A model generated the notes under the pieces. It saw only the letters and a list, made by a program, of their open reading frames with translations. It had not been told where the DNA came from and did no database searches. This document shows, piece by piece, positions 26,509 to 35,779 of a stretch of 64,000 bases of DNA. Position 1 is the first letter of the stretch, and each line of letters begins with the position of its first letter. A program made the position numbers and the translations under genes. This DNA is from an uncultured Gammaproteobacteria bacterium (lineage in GTDB: Bacteria > Patescibacteriota > Microgenomatia > Curtissbacterales > GWA2-41-24). The DNA lies in assembly GCA_964562855.1 (NCBI GenBank), contig CAZLVB010000001.1, forward strand, positions 3,614-67,613. The letters are read 5' to 3'.

Positions 26509-28211
26509 TTTTTAAAAACAAATATTGATAGTACTGATATCGACAACAAAGAAATCAAATTACCAAGTGTCCTTATAAGCGTGTTATTAAATTCTAACGA
26601 AATTACGTGAATTCCTTTGGGAACTTCAAAAGTTATTAATTTCAATCGATTGTTATCGTCTATTTTTATTCTCTTCCCATCAACCGCTGCCCCCCAGCCG
26701 GGAAAATTGAATATGTTCGCTTTGACTTGAGCATCGGTTTCGGCTATGGCTGTAAATTCAACACTTGAGGGTGTCTCCTTCAGGTTCTCTACTGTAGCTT
26801 TTCCGTTTATAACTTCTATTTTTTCCTCTGGAGTATCGTCTTTTGTAATTTTAACTATATTAGTCCCTAATTCACTTTTTGTAAGTTCTGCTCCTTTGGG
26901 CAGGTACTCAAAAGAAGATGATGAAACATACCAATTGATTGTTTCAGGAGAAGTTGCAGATTCATCAGTCAGATCTAATCTATACGACTGGGGCTTAAAA
27001 AGTTTTAAATTTACTATTAACAAAATCAAAACTAATATCAGGAATCCGTAAAATCGCAATATGGGTAATCTTAGAAATTCTAAAAAGGTTCCGGCTAAGA
27101 ATGAGCTAAAAAGCGCTGTAAATATCAAGAATCTCCAGGGAAACTGTAAGTACTGAAGAGGTGATATTAAATCCCAAATTGCTTTCGAATAGAAAGTTGT
27201 CATGAAAGCAGAGAAGAGAAAAAGCAGAAAGAAGACGGTTGGCAGTTTAGAGTTGACGGTTGGCAGTTTAGAGATGCCTTTATTTTTTAAAAAAATGACA
27301 AGAGATAAAAGCACTGCAGCAACTGATACTAATACATGGAGTTTCCCAATCTTGAAAGAGATTCCATCTGCAAGACCTGCGGCTGACCCTCCAAAGCCCC
27401 ACATCCAATTCCATAATTGCTGTGGATAGACGAAATGAATTTTGTAATTAGCTAGATTAACCAAAAGCAGGTCATCAACGATTGTAAATTTTTTCTCGAA
27501 AAGTGCCGGTAGCCAAAAAAACGCAGAGAGGCCGAATGAGTAAACAATTGACAATAAACAATTGACAGCTAACGGTTTTTTCTCTGGAGATCTCCAAATC
27601 AGAAACAAAAGATAAAAGGGCAAAATGAACATGAAGGGAAGAAAAATAAGATTGTGGGTAATCATCAAAAACGCCAGAAAGAGTGAAGATAAAACCAGAT
27701 AGATACTTTTGTTGGTTGCCGCCAGTTTGTAGAATGACCAAAGAATCAAAGGCAGCCAGACAAAAGAAAAACTTTCAGCAAGAGCCCCTCTTACATAAAT
27801 ATCTAGAGCCCGATATGGAACTGCCATATAAAATACAGCGCTTGAAAGTGATGGCAGTCTGCCAAAAAATTCTTTGGAGAATATGTACATCGCTATGCCT
27901 GAAGCAAAAATAGATAAGAAAAATACAATTTTTACACTGTTGATAAGCCCGAACCCAACGTTGTGAAAAATATCACCCAAGGCATAAACCAAAGGCGGAT
28001 AGAAAACGAATAGTGGATACCCAAACCCAAAACCCAATCCGTCTACCCATCTTACCGGAAACTGGCCGGATTTTAATGCTTTGTCAAAAACAAACAATCG
28101 GGCTATCTGTTGATCGTCGTGAATAACAAAAAGACCCGGTTTAAAAAGAGGTAGGGACAAAATTATGGACACTAGAAAAATCAAAATCAGAATTACTAAA
28201 TTATTTCTCAT
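26484..28211 (-). CDS. PTPS-related membrane protein (GT-C/YfhO-like superfamily)
   Basis: IHDDQQ, GQFPVRW, GFGYPLF.FYPPL, YVRGALAE, THN, LQFPWRFL, EYLP, FPGW. Start at ATG 28211. Confidence 0.72.
   Translation of the reverse strand: MRNNLVILILIFLVSIILSLPLFKPGLFVIHDDQQIARLFVFDKALKSGQFPVRWVDGLGFGFGYPLFVFYPPLVYALGDIFHNVGFGLINSVKIVFFLSIFASGIAMYIFSKEFFGRLPSLSSAVFYMAVPYRALDIYVRGALAESFSFVWLPLILWSFYKLAATNKSIYLVLSSLFLAFLMITHNLIFLPFMFILPFYLLFLIWRSPEKKPLAVNCLLSIVYSFGLSAFFWLPALFEKKFTIVDDLLLVNLANYKIHFVYPQQLWNWMWGFGGSAAGLADGISFKIGKLHVLVSVAAVLLSLVIFLKNKGISKLPTVNSKLPTVFFLLFLFSAFMTTFYSKAIWDLISPLQYLQFPWRFLIFTALFSSFLAGTFLEFLRLPILRFYGFLILVLILLIVNLKLFKPQSYRLDLTDESATSPETINWYVSSSSFEYLPKGAELTKSELGTNIVKITKDDTPEEKIEVINGKATVENLKETPSSVEFTAIAETDAQVKANIFNFPGWGAAVDGKRIKIDDNNRLKLITFEVPKGIHVISLEFNNTLIRTLGNLISLLSISVLSIFVFKKWQTLKTN
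27234..27275. repeat. In-frame heptamer-period tandem repeat (2 x 21 nt)
   Basis: GACGGTT GGCAGTT TAGAGTT GACGGTT GGCAGTT TAGAGAT; encodes SKLPTVNSKLPTV. Confidence 0.8.
27541..27575. repeat. In-frame heptamer-period tandem repeat
   Basis: TAAACAA TTGACAA TAAACAA TTGACAG CTAACGG; encodes PLAVNCLLSIVY. Confidence 0.75.
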
Positions 28212-29634
28212 TTGGGACAAAAACATAAACCGGGAGATTAAACCCTTTCTGAAAATCTCTAATCAATTCATACTTATTATAGTAGATAAAAAGAGTAGAA
28301 TCATCGTAAATAGCTCTTGCGAAATCATGGCCGGAAAGAGCCTGTTTTTCCCAGTGACTATTAAGAGAGTATAAAATTGTCGAATTCGACCTTGGTTTTG
28401 AGAAGCTCTTTTTTAGATTAGCGTTCGCATCGAATGCAGTCTTTTGTGCACCAATCATCCATGAATTCGATCTGTAAAACGAAACTGTTGTATGGGAGGT
28501 AATTACCCAGATTAATAAAATAGGCACAAATAGAATCGTCACCCGACTAGTAATAACGAGATAGGCTATTAAAAAATAAACACCTACGGACGCTAGCGTT
28601 AAGTACATTGTGAAAGTATGGTTGGGTAAAACGAGTACTGGCAAAATGCCGACAAAAAACCAGAAGATAGAAAATATCAATATGCGAATATTAAGAAGCA
28701 ATCTCTGCTTAAAAATAAAGACTAGGGGAACGACTACTCCTAAGGCTAAAATCCAGAGAGTGCCTATAAAACTCTTGGCTGTGAGCCACCAATAATCAAG
28801 TAAAAATTTGTTATTAAAAAAGATCAAGTTATCAATTATCTGCTTTTTAAACTCTTCAGGAATATTGAATGACCAGAGTATATACCAGAAAAATGCTTTT
28901 GCCGACTCGAAATTTAACACAACTTTATATTCCAAAATATTTGGTACTTTAATTAGAAGTAATCTTAAAAGCAGGTAAGTAATCGTGATTAAAATGAATG
29001 GTAGAAATTTTACTAATGATCTTATAAGAGTATGTTTTTTTACGAAGAAGTAGTAAAAACCAATGATTACCGGCCAGGTTACTGAGAATTCGTAAGAACC
29101 GATAGTTATTAGAAAACTGCCAATAGTTAGTAAATAATATCTTTTTGCTCCGGTTTCCTCGTGTTTCAAAAAAAGTAAGGCAGTTGAAAGCCAAAAGAAT
29201 GTTCCAATAATATTGTATGCTGCTGCAATCCATGTGATCGACATGAAGTGAATCGAGGAGGTGAGCCAAAGTGAACCTGCAAAAAGACCAATTCGATCAT
29301 CCGAAGTAACTTTGTTTACCACTTTTACAATTAAAAAAAATGTCAAAAAGAACAATAGAAAAGTAATTAATCTATATCCAACGGGGTTTAATCCGAATAT
29401 TGAGTATGAGATAAAAAAATAATTTTGGAGACTAACTGGCCTGTATGCAATTATATCGCTTCTGAATTTAAAAAAACTTAAATATTCTGAAAGATTGCTT
29501 GCCTTAGAGATATTAATCTCAAAAAAATCATCCTGAAAGAAATAATAATCAAGACTTTGTCGGTAAAGTAAAAAAGCAATTGCGAAAAAAATGAGTATTA
29601 TAGAAAAAAATTTAAGCCTAGTTGAAGATATCAT
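28201..29634 (-). CDS. GT-C-type membrane glycosyltransferase (QDD subfamily)
   Basis: 477 aa; YFFQDDF, YRPVS, FGLNP.GY, SYE, VLPNH. Confidence 0.7.
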   Translation of the reverse strand: MISSTRLKFFSIILIFFAIAFLLYRQSLDYYFFQDDFFEINISKASNLSEYLSFFKFRSDIIAYRPVSLQNYFFISYSIFGLNPVGYRLITFLLFFLTFFLIVKVVNKVTSDDRIGLFAGSLWLTSSIHFMSITWIAAAYNIIGTFFWLSTALLFLKHEETGAKRYYLLTIGSFLITIGSYEFSVTWPVIIGFYYFFVKKHTLIRSLVKFLPFILITITYLLLRLLLIKVPNILEYKVVLNFESAKAFFWYILWSFNIPEEFKKQIIDNLIFFNNKFLLDYWWLTAKSFIGTLWILALGVVVPLVFIFKQRLLLNIRILIFSIFWFFVGILPVLVLPNHTFTMYLTLASVGVYFLIAYLVITSRVTILFVPILLIWVITSHTTVSFYRSNSWMIGAQKTAFDANANLKKSFSKPRSNSTILYSLNSHWEKQALSGHDFARAIYDDSTLFIYYNKYELIRDFQKGFNLPVYVFVPNEK

Positions 29635-31077
29635 CTAATATTTTAACGTTGGGGAAATCTCATAAAATTGGGACTGCTTTGGCAAGTCTACTCTTTCAAG
29701 AAAATTTGCGTAAAAACTTTTTAGACTAGAATCATTATAAATTACTTGCATTGCATCATTGTAATTTAACGTCTGCCTAACTGTGCTTATATCCTTCAGT
29801 GAAAATTTATGCCGGACATTGAAATCAAGATCGCCAGGCCTGAAAAGGAAGACTGCTCCGCCTTGGGGATTTGTTACGGTCTTTTTAGTAAAGTCAACGT
29901 AGGCTTTTGAAATCGCCTGCTCGTTCCTCACCCAATGAGTAGCCCGTGTAAATCTAAAATTGTAAAAGGCTACCCATATCCATAAAACCAAAAGAGCAAA
30001 CAGATAAAGATGTGGCGCCTTTTTTATCGATTGTAAAATTATTAATATTAATCCGATGCCCGCAAAACCAAGATATATCGGGTAAGAATGATTTACTAAA
30101 GGCAAAACAGGAGCAAGACCTAATACCAAGAAAACACAACACCATGAATAGAATTTGATATTGCCATTTAAGGTTTTGAGAAATAGTTTTAATAAAACGA
30201 GAAAAAGAAGAGAAACCCCAAGTGAAATTTGCCAGAATTGGGTTATGACTTTAATCGACTGGGCAAGCTGGCTGGGAAAAATTAAAGATTTAAAGCTTTC
30301 GGGGAAACCTAACGCCCAAAAAATGTACCAAAAGAGATTATTCACTATTTGAAAATTTATACTCAAAGCATAATCCCCTTTTGCCGGTATAGGGAACATC
30401 AAAAATCTCAAAATTAGGTAAAAAATATCGATCAATAAAAATGGTAAAAGATACTTAAAAAACTTCATTTTCCCGTTAATTGCAAGATACACAAACATTA
30501 TCAGGGGCAAAACTAGGGTTAATTCCGAAGAAGCCATTGCAAGAGCAAAAAAAATAAGACTTACCCAAAAATTAGAAATTTTTTTATATTTCAGTAGTCT
30601 CAGAAGAAAAATCAGAGATAATACCTGAAAAAGAGGCCCGATAATATAAGAGGTTGTCGACAGCCAACTTAAGCTAACGAAATGAACGGGCCAGGTTGCA
30701 TAAAGAAAAGCACCTATAATTGCTAGCCTGCGGTTTAGAGTAAGCAATGAAAATAGATGGTAGACTGCAACAATGAGAAGTAGAAATATTAAAAAAGAAG
30801 TAAGATGGAATCCTTGCGGGTTGAGCCCAAACAACAAATAGTTAAATTTAAAAAAAATGGGCATGGAAAGCGGCCGCCAGTAAATAATGTCTGTTCTAAA
30901 CTCAAAAAAAGAAGCAAGACTCCCCGTCCTTATCCAATTTAGAACAAACCAGTCGTCCTGAAAAAAATAGTAATTGAGACTTTGATAAAAGAAGAAAAAG
31001 CTAATGGAACAAATGGATAACAAAAAAATCTGTACTTTTAGATTCCTTAGAAATTTAATTGCTCTTTGGGAACCCAT
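29635..31077 (-). CDS. GT-C-type membrane glycosyltransferase (QDD subfamily)
   Basis: YFFQDDW, WRPLS, FGLNPQGFH, SSE, PLVNH; tandem paralog of 28201..29634. Start likely ATG 31077. Confidence 0.7.
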   Translation of the reverse strand: MGSQRAIKFLRNLKVQIFLLSICSISFFFFYQSLNYYFFQDDWFVLNWIRTGSLASFFEFRTDIIYWRPLSMPIFFKFNYLLFGLNPQGFHLTSFLIFLLLIVAVYHLFSLLTLNRRLAIIGAFLYATWPVHFVSLSWLSTTSYIIGPLFQVLSLIFLLRLLKYKKISNFWVSLIFFALAMASSELTLVLPLIMFVYLAINGKMKFFKYLLPFLLIDIFYLILRFLMFPIPAKGDYALSINFQIVNNLFWYIFWALGFPESFKSLIFPSQLAQSIKVITQFWQISLGVSLLFLVLLKLFLKTLNGNIKFYSWCCVFLVLGLAPVLPLVNHSYPIYLGFAGIGLILIILQSIKKAPHLYLFALLVLWIWVAFYNFRFTRATHWVRNEQAISKAYVDFTKKTVTNPQGGAVFLFRPGDLDFNVRHKFSLKDISTVRQTLNYNDAMQVIYNDSSLKSFYANFLERVDLPKQSQFYEISPTLKY

Positions 31078-31777
31078 GCAGTTTTTTGTTGAGGCCCCAA
31101 AAATACCACTTAAGATATTTTGGCAACCATTTTGCAAGATAAAAACGGGATTCTTTAGTCAAATATGTCCAGGTAGTCGGTACTTCAGTTACTCTAAATC
31201 CCGAAAAATGCGCTTTTACTGTTAATTCGATTGCTAGTTCAAATCCACCGTCTGACTCTATCTTTATTTTTTGTAAAAATCTTTTGGAATAAAGTCGAAA
31301 AGAATTTGTGGCATCGTGAGTCGGTAGCCCCACTAAATAATGGAGGCTGATGCCAGCAATTCTGGAGAGAATTTGTTTGACAACCGGCCCCCCAATTTGA
31401 TGTCCTCCTTCCATGTAACGCGATGCCGCGATTACATCGAAGCCTTGATTAAACTTTTCCATCATTGTGTTTAGAACTTTTGGATCATCGGTTAAATCTG
31501 CCATCATTACACAAACAGCATTTCCTTTGGCTTTCGCAAGTCCTGTCTTCAGAGCATTTAGCGCTCCCCTGCCATATGTGTTTTTAACAAGCTTTACGTT
31601 CGGAAATCTTTTTTGAAATTTTTTTACTGGAGAAATGGTAGTATCCTCATTCATATCATAGATTATTAGCAATTCATGGGGAATTTCGACTGATGTTTCA
31701 ACTCTTTTTATGGTCTGCCTTATCACTTTGCCTTCATTGTAAACGGGCATGACGATTGATAATCTCACGATTCTCAT
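31055..31777 (-). CDS. GT2 polyprenyl-phosphate glycosyltransferase (DPM synthase-like)
   Basis: SIVMPVYNEG, MMADLTD, ASRY..GG, HDATNSFRLY, GFE..IEL. Start likely ATG 31777. Confidence 0.8.
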   Translation of the reverse strand: MRIVRLSIVMPVYNEGKVIRQTIKRVETSVEIPHELLIIYDMNEDTTISPVKKFQKRFPNVKLVKNTYGRGALNALKTGLAKAKGNAVCVMMADLTDDPKVLNTMMEKFNQGFDVIAASRYMEGGHQIGGPVVKQILSRIAGISLHYLVGLPTHDATNSFRLYSKRFLQKIKIESDGGFELAIELTVKAHFSGFRVTEVPTTWTYLTKESRFYLAKWLPKYLKWYFWGLNKKLHGFPKSN

Positions 31778-31817
31778 TTTAAACAGCGTTTTGAATGGAG
31801 TCAAAGAAAGAGTTTGG

Positions 31818-33146
31818 TTATATATCGCGCCATTTGGCCTCGAAGATTTCACCCAAGCCCTCTACCGGTCGTTTAGCGAGATGATTTTCGAGAGATTTGA
31901 TAGTAAAGATGATTTTATTGGTTCTGAAAACGTTCCAAACGTCGCAAACTACACAGGTTTTGGAAACAAGCTTTCTGACTTTGGTTATATCCATCTTTTT
32001 ATAGAAGTCGTGATTGGTGGCAAGAAAAATCAAGTCGGCACCTTTTAGGGTTTCTGAGAGGTCTTTTTGGTAGCCGGCAACATAAGGGTCATGCAAGAAA
32101 ACTCTGGCCCTCTCACGCTCCAGGGCTTTTTTGACTTTGAAGGCCAGCGATTCGCGAATATCGTCTATTTCTGCTTTAAAAGCCAAACCTAAAATTACTG
32201 CCTTTTTACCCTGAAGCCTAGTACGTTCTCTAACTTTCTTGATCAAGAACAAAGGAATTGATTCGTTTATTTTCCAACTGGTAGCAATTAAATCTGCAAA
32301 GGGCACGTCGCCTATCAGAAAGAATCCGTCTTTAAAAAGACAAGGGCCGCCTGTTAAACCTGGCAGGGCCAGTCCCCCTCTTTTGTAGTTTCTATTCACC
32401 AAATCTACTATTTTGTAAATGTCTCTGTGATTGTTTCCGGCCAAAATCATAAACTCGTTGGCTATTGCAAAGTTGATATAACGATACATGTTAGTAAAAA
32501 GTTTTGCTAACTCCGCTGAAACCGAATCTGAAGTATTTACTTCAATTCCCAGATTTTTGAAGAAATCTGCGGCCTTTTGAGCAGAATTTCTCTCGGCTCC
32601 TCCGATTATTTGAGGAATTTCGGCAAGTTCGGCCAATGAGCGTCCCTCCGCAATCCTCTCCGGACAAAATGCCAGATAAAAATTTTGGCCAACTTTAAAG
32701 CCCTCCTCTTCAAGATACGCCTTGACATAATCAGTTGTACCAGGCGAGACTGTTGATCTAAGTATTAAAAGCTGCCCTTTTTTAAGGTATGGGCGTGCTA
32801 CTGCCAGGGCTTTGTCAATTTGCACGAGCGAGGGATTCATGTTTTCGTCAACCGGGGTTCCGAGGGTGAGAATTATGACACGGACTTTGGCAATGTTTGA
32901 AAAATCCGTGGTGACTTTAAATGACTTGCCTATATATTTCTCCAAAAGCTGTTGAGACCCCTCTTCTATAAAAGGCATTCGCATGCGGGAGAGCAGATTA
33001 ATCTTTTGGGAGTCTACATCTATGCCATATACGCTATGACCCTTGTCTGCCAAAAATAGGGCCAGCGGTAAACCGACTCTACCGACACCGACAACAGCTA
33101 CCGGCGGTTTTAAATTTTTCCTTGCTCTTTTTGGGTTTTTAGCCAA
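31818..33146 (-). CDS. Nucleotide-sugar 6-dehydrogenase (UDP-HexNAc/WecC-like)
   Basis: GVGRVGLP, LGTP, RSTVSPGT, CPERIAEG, AELAKL..N.YR, GGPCLFKD, GLAFK...DIRES. Confidence 0.85.
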   Translation of the reverse strand: MAKNPKRARKNLKPPVAVVGVGRVGLPLALFLADKGHSVYGIDVDSQKINLLSRMRMPFIEEGSQQLLEKYIGKSFKVTTDFSNIAKVRVIILTLGTPVDENMNPSLVQIDKALAVARPYLKKGQLLILRSTVSPGTTDYVKAYLEEEGFKVGQNFYLAFCPERIAEGRSLAELAEIPQIIGGAERNSAQKAADFFKNLGIEVNTSDSVSAELAKLFTNMYRYINFAIANEFMILAGNNHRDIYKIVDLVNRNYKRGGLALPGLTGGPCLFKDGFFLIGDVPFADLIATSWKINESIPLFLIKKVRERTRLQGKKAVILGLAFKAEIDDIRESLAFKVKKALERERARVFLHDPYVAGYQKDLSETLKGADLIFLATNHDFYKKMDITKVRKLVSKTCVVCDVWNVFRTNKIIFTIKSLENHLAKRPVEGLGEIFEAKWRDI

Positions 33147-34081
33147 TGAACTACCTCCTTTAGTCCAGTTTCAAATTTTACTTCCGGTTGCCAGTTTATC
33201 ATCTTTTTTATTTTAGTAATATCCGGTACTCGTCTTTTGATATCGAACTGGAATCCTCTTACATATTTAACTCTAAGTGATTTTTTAATACCCATAATTC
33301 TCCACAGCAGTTTTGCCAGATAGATCATTTTTATTTCCTCATCACTACCTATGTTGAAGGTTTGATTTTCCCCTTTGTCGCTAAGAGCAACCTGGATAAC
33401 GCCATTTGCGATATCTGAAACATGAGTAAAGCATCTAGTCTGCTGGCCATCTCCCAGGAGTTCCAATGGGTACTGTCCGTTAAGAATTTTGCGCACTAAA
33501 TCCGGTATGACATGAGCATAGCCGACCTCTCTTTCCGGAAATTCGTTTATGCCATACGCATTAAATGGTCTGCATATCGAATAAGGCAATTTGTATTGAT
33601 CCCAAAAGGCATGGCAATACCATTCGCCTATCAACTTCGAAAAACCATATGACGTTACTGGCGGTGGAATTCTTTTGATATCATCCTCTTTCGAGGGAAA
33701 AGATTTGGTCGACTCGAAAACCATGGACGACGAAATATAAACTATTCTTTTGACTTTACTTTTGGCCGCTGCCTCGAAAGTGGAACTGTAAATTTTGTTG
33801 TTTTCAGAAAGAATAGTTGCCGGATATTTATGAAAATAACCGATTCCGCCTATTTTGGCGGCTGCGTTTATAACTATATCTATACCTTTAAAGATCTCAG
33901 AAGTGTTATTAGTATTTGTCAGGTCGACTTTTTTAAAATCCGCCCGCTTGTCAACAGAAGCGTCTTTCTTGGAAAGATCATCAGCAATTCTGACATAGAA
34001 ATTGCGCTCTAGAAGTTGTTTGACTATCTCGCTTCCGATAAAGCCGGCGCCTCCTGTAACCATAAATTTAATTTTGTTCAT
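33110..34081 (-). CDS. Extended SDR nucleotide-sugar epimerase/dehydratase/decarboxylase
   Basis: TGGAGFIG, ISSSMVF, YGFSK, RPFNAYG, GDG.QTRCF. Confidence 0.85.
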   Translation of the reverse strand: MNKIKFMVTGGAGFIGSEIVKQLLERNFYVRIADDLSKKDASVDKRADFKKVDLTNTNNTSEIFKGIDIVINAAAKIGGIGYFHKYPATILSENNKIYSSTFEAAAKSKVKRIVYISSSMVFESTKSFPSKEDDIKRIPPPVTSYGFSKLIGEWYCHAFWDQYKLPYSICRPFNAYGINEFPEREVGYAHVIPDLVRKILNGQYPLELLGDGQQTRCFTHVSDIANGVIQVALSDKGENQTFNIGSDEEIKMIYLAKLLWRIMGIKKSLRVKYVRGFQFDIKRRVPDITKIKKMINWQPEVKFETGLKEVVHWLKTQKEQGKI

Positions 34082-34099
34082 TTGTCAGATGAATTTAGG

Positions 34100-35710
34100 C
34101 TATCTATTTTGATCCCTTCTTAACCATAAACGATACCCGCTAAGTGCTACAATCAATATCGCAATGAGGGAAATATACTCGCTAAATCTGTGCATTGGTG
34201 AACGAGTGTAATTGATTATAACTTCATGAACCCCAGGTGACAACTTAAAAGTGATAAGTCCCGAATTGTTTACATAATCAATTGGGATTTTTTGACCTTC
34301 TGATTTAACCTGCCAACCGGGAAAATAGATTGTATTTACCTTGACTTGCGACTCACCTGAACTTTCTATTCTTACCCGATATCGACTATGTTTGATAGTC
34401 GACTCTAGAATCTTTGCGTTCCCTTGCACTATTTCAATTTTGTCCGTCGCACGCTTTTGAGGTTTTTCTTTCACCCATAATGGGAGATATTCATCTTGAA
34501 CTGTTGTTGAGTCTTCGTTGGTTGTATAAAAACCGTCTCCCCTATTTACAAACGCAGAAGGTTTTGTATAGAAAATAGTTGAAATGATTGCTGCTGCAAC
34601 AATCAATAAGACGGCAACTCGCGGTTTCTTGATATTCTGAATAATAAATGCAGAAAAAAAGGCAGAGGCAAAAACTGTTACCGACAAAAGCCTCCACGGA
34701 AATTGAATAACATCTACATAGGGGATTTTCTGCCAGATTATTAATGACGGTTTGGTCATTAAGAAGATGCTGATGGCAACAACTATCAGCATAAAATCCA
34801 CAACATGATTTCTATTTTTTTTGGCAAACCTCAGAAAGATCGCTGAAACAATCACTGCCTGTGATACAAGGCCGAGTTGAGGTGAAAATCCGCCTATACC
34901 GGGTCTTGGCCCGTAACCCCAGGTCGGAATAATCAGGTGTTTAATATTAACGAGATGGTCCGATATATTAGCAACTTTTATTTGAGAGGCGCGTACATAT
35001 TGAAGATCGTAAAGCGCAGGTAACCAGAAAAAGGCCGAGACTAAAGCTCCTCCAAGAAACGCAGCCGAAATATGCAATCTTTTTTTGGGTAATGACAAAA
35101 GTGAAATTATCCATAAAAGCGATACAAATATAACAGCAATCACATTATGTGAAAGAATTAAAAGAGCAATAACGATCGTCAAGATTGGTAAAAAAAAATT
35201 TTTACCCTCTTTTATTTTGAAAAGACTGCCAAGAATAAGCGGAATAAACAAAAAAGCAAGATTCTCCCCAATTGAGCCCCTAACATAAAGGTCAACGAAG
35301 CGATACGGAACAAAAAGGTATAAGACAGCGCCGGTAAAGGCAGCATATTTAGTAAAAACTTGAGAAAGTGCCCAGTACATGGCAATGGAGGAAGCAATTG
35401 TAGAAACAGCAAAAATTATTTTGACACTATCGACAAAACTTACGCCTAAAAGTTTCGGCACTTCGGACAAGTAAAACGGCAACGGATAGAGAAAATTCAA
35501 AACCGGATAGCCGAAATTGCCGTTAAGTCTATCAACAAATCGTACGGGAAACTGACCGTCGACAAGCGTTTGATGAAAAGCAGTAAATCGAATTACCATC
35601 CATTCGCCGTCATGACTTTCGAAATAGCCCTTTTTAAAAAACGGCCAGACGGCAATAAGTGACAGCAAAATTACTAAAATCAGGTAAGAATACTTCTTTG
35701 TAATAATCAT
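34100..35710 (-). CDS. PTPS-related membrane protein (GT-C/YfhO-like superfamily)
   Basis: SHDGEW, GQFPVRF, FGYPVLNFLYPL, YVRGSIGE, SHN, IQFPWRLL, EYLP, YFPGW. Confidence 0.72.
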   Translation of the reverse strand: MIITKKYSYLILVILLSLIAVWPFFKKGYFESHDGEWMVIRFTAFHQTLVDGQFPVRFVDRLNGNFGYPVLNFLYPLPFYLSEVPKLLGVSFVDSVKIIFAVSTIASSIAMYWALSQVFTKYAAFTGAVLYLFVPYRFVDLYVRGSIGENLAFLFIPLILGSLFKIKEGKNFFLPILTIVIALLILSHNVIAVIFVSLLWIISLLSLPKKRLHISAAFLGGALVSAFFWLPALYDLQYVRASQIKVANISDHLVNIKHLIIPTWGYGPRPGIGGFSPQLGLVSQAVIVSAIFLRFAKKNRNHVVDFMLIVVAISIFLMTKPSLIIWQKIPYVDVIQFPWRLLSVTVFASAFFSAFIIQNIKKPRVAVLLIVAAAIISTIFYTKPSAFVNRGDGFYTTNEDSTTVQDEYLPLWVKEKPQKRATDKIEIVQGNAKILESTIKHSRYRVRIESSGESQVKVNTIYFPGWQVKSEGQKIPIDYVNNSGLITFKLSPGVHEVIINYTRSPMHRFSEYISLIAILIVALSGYRLWLRRDQNR

Positions 35711-35779
35711 TTCTATGTTTTGTCAGCTTTCCACTTCGGTTATTTAAATAATTAAAGTGAGTTTAAAAGCCTACGTTAT

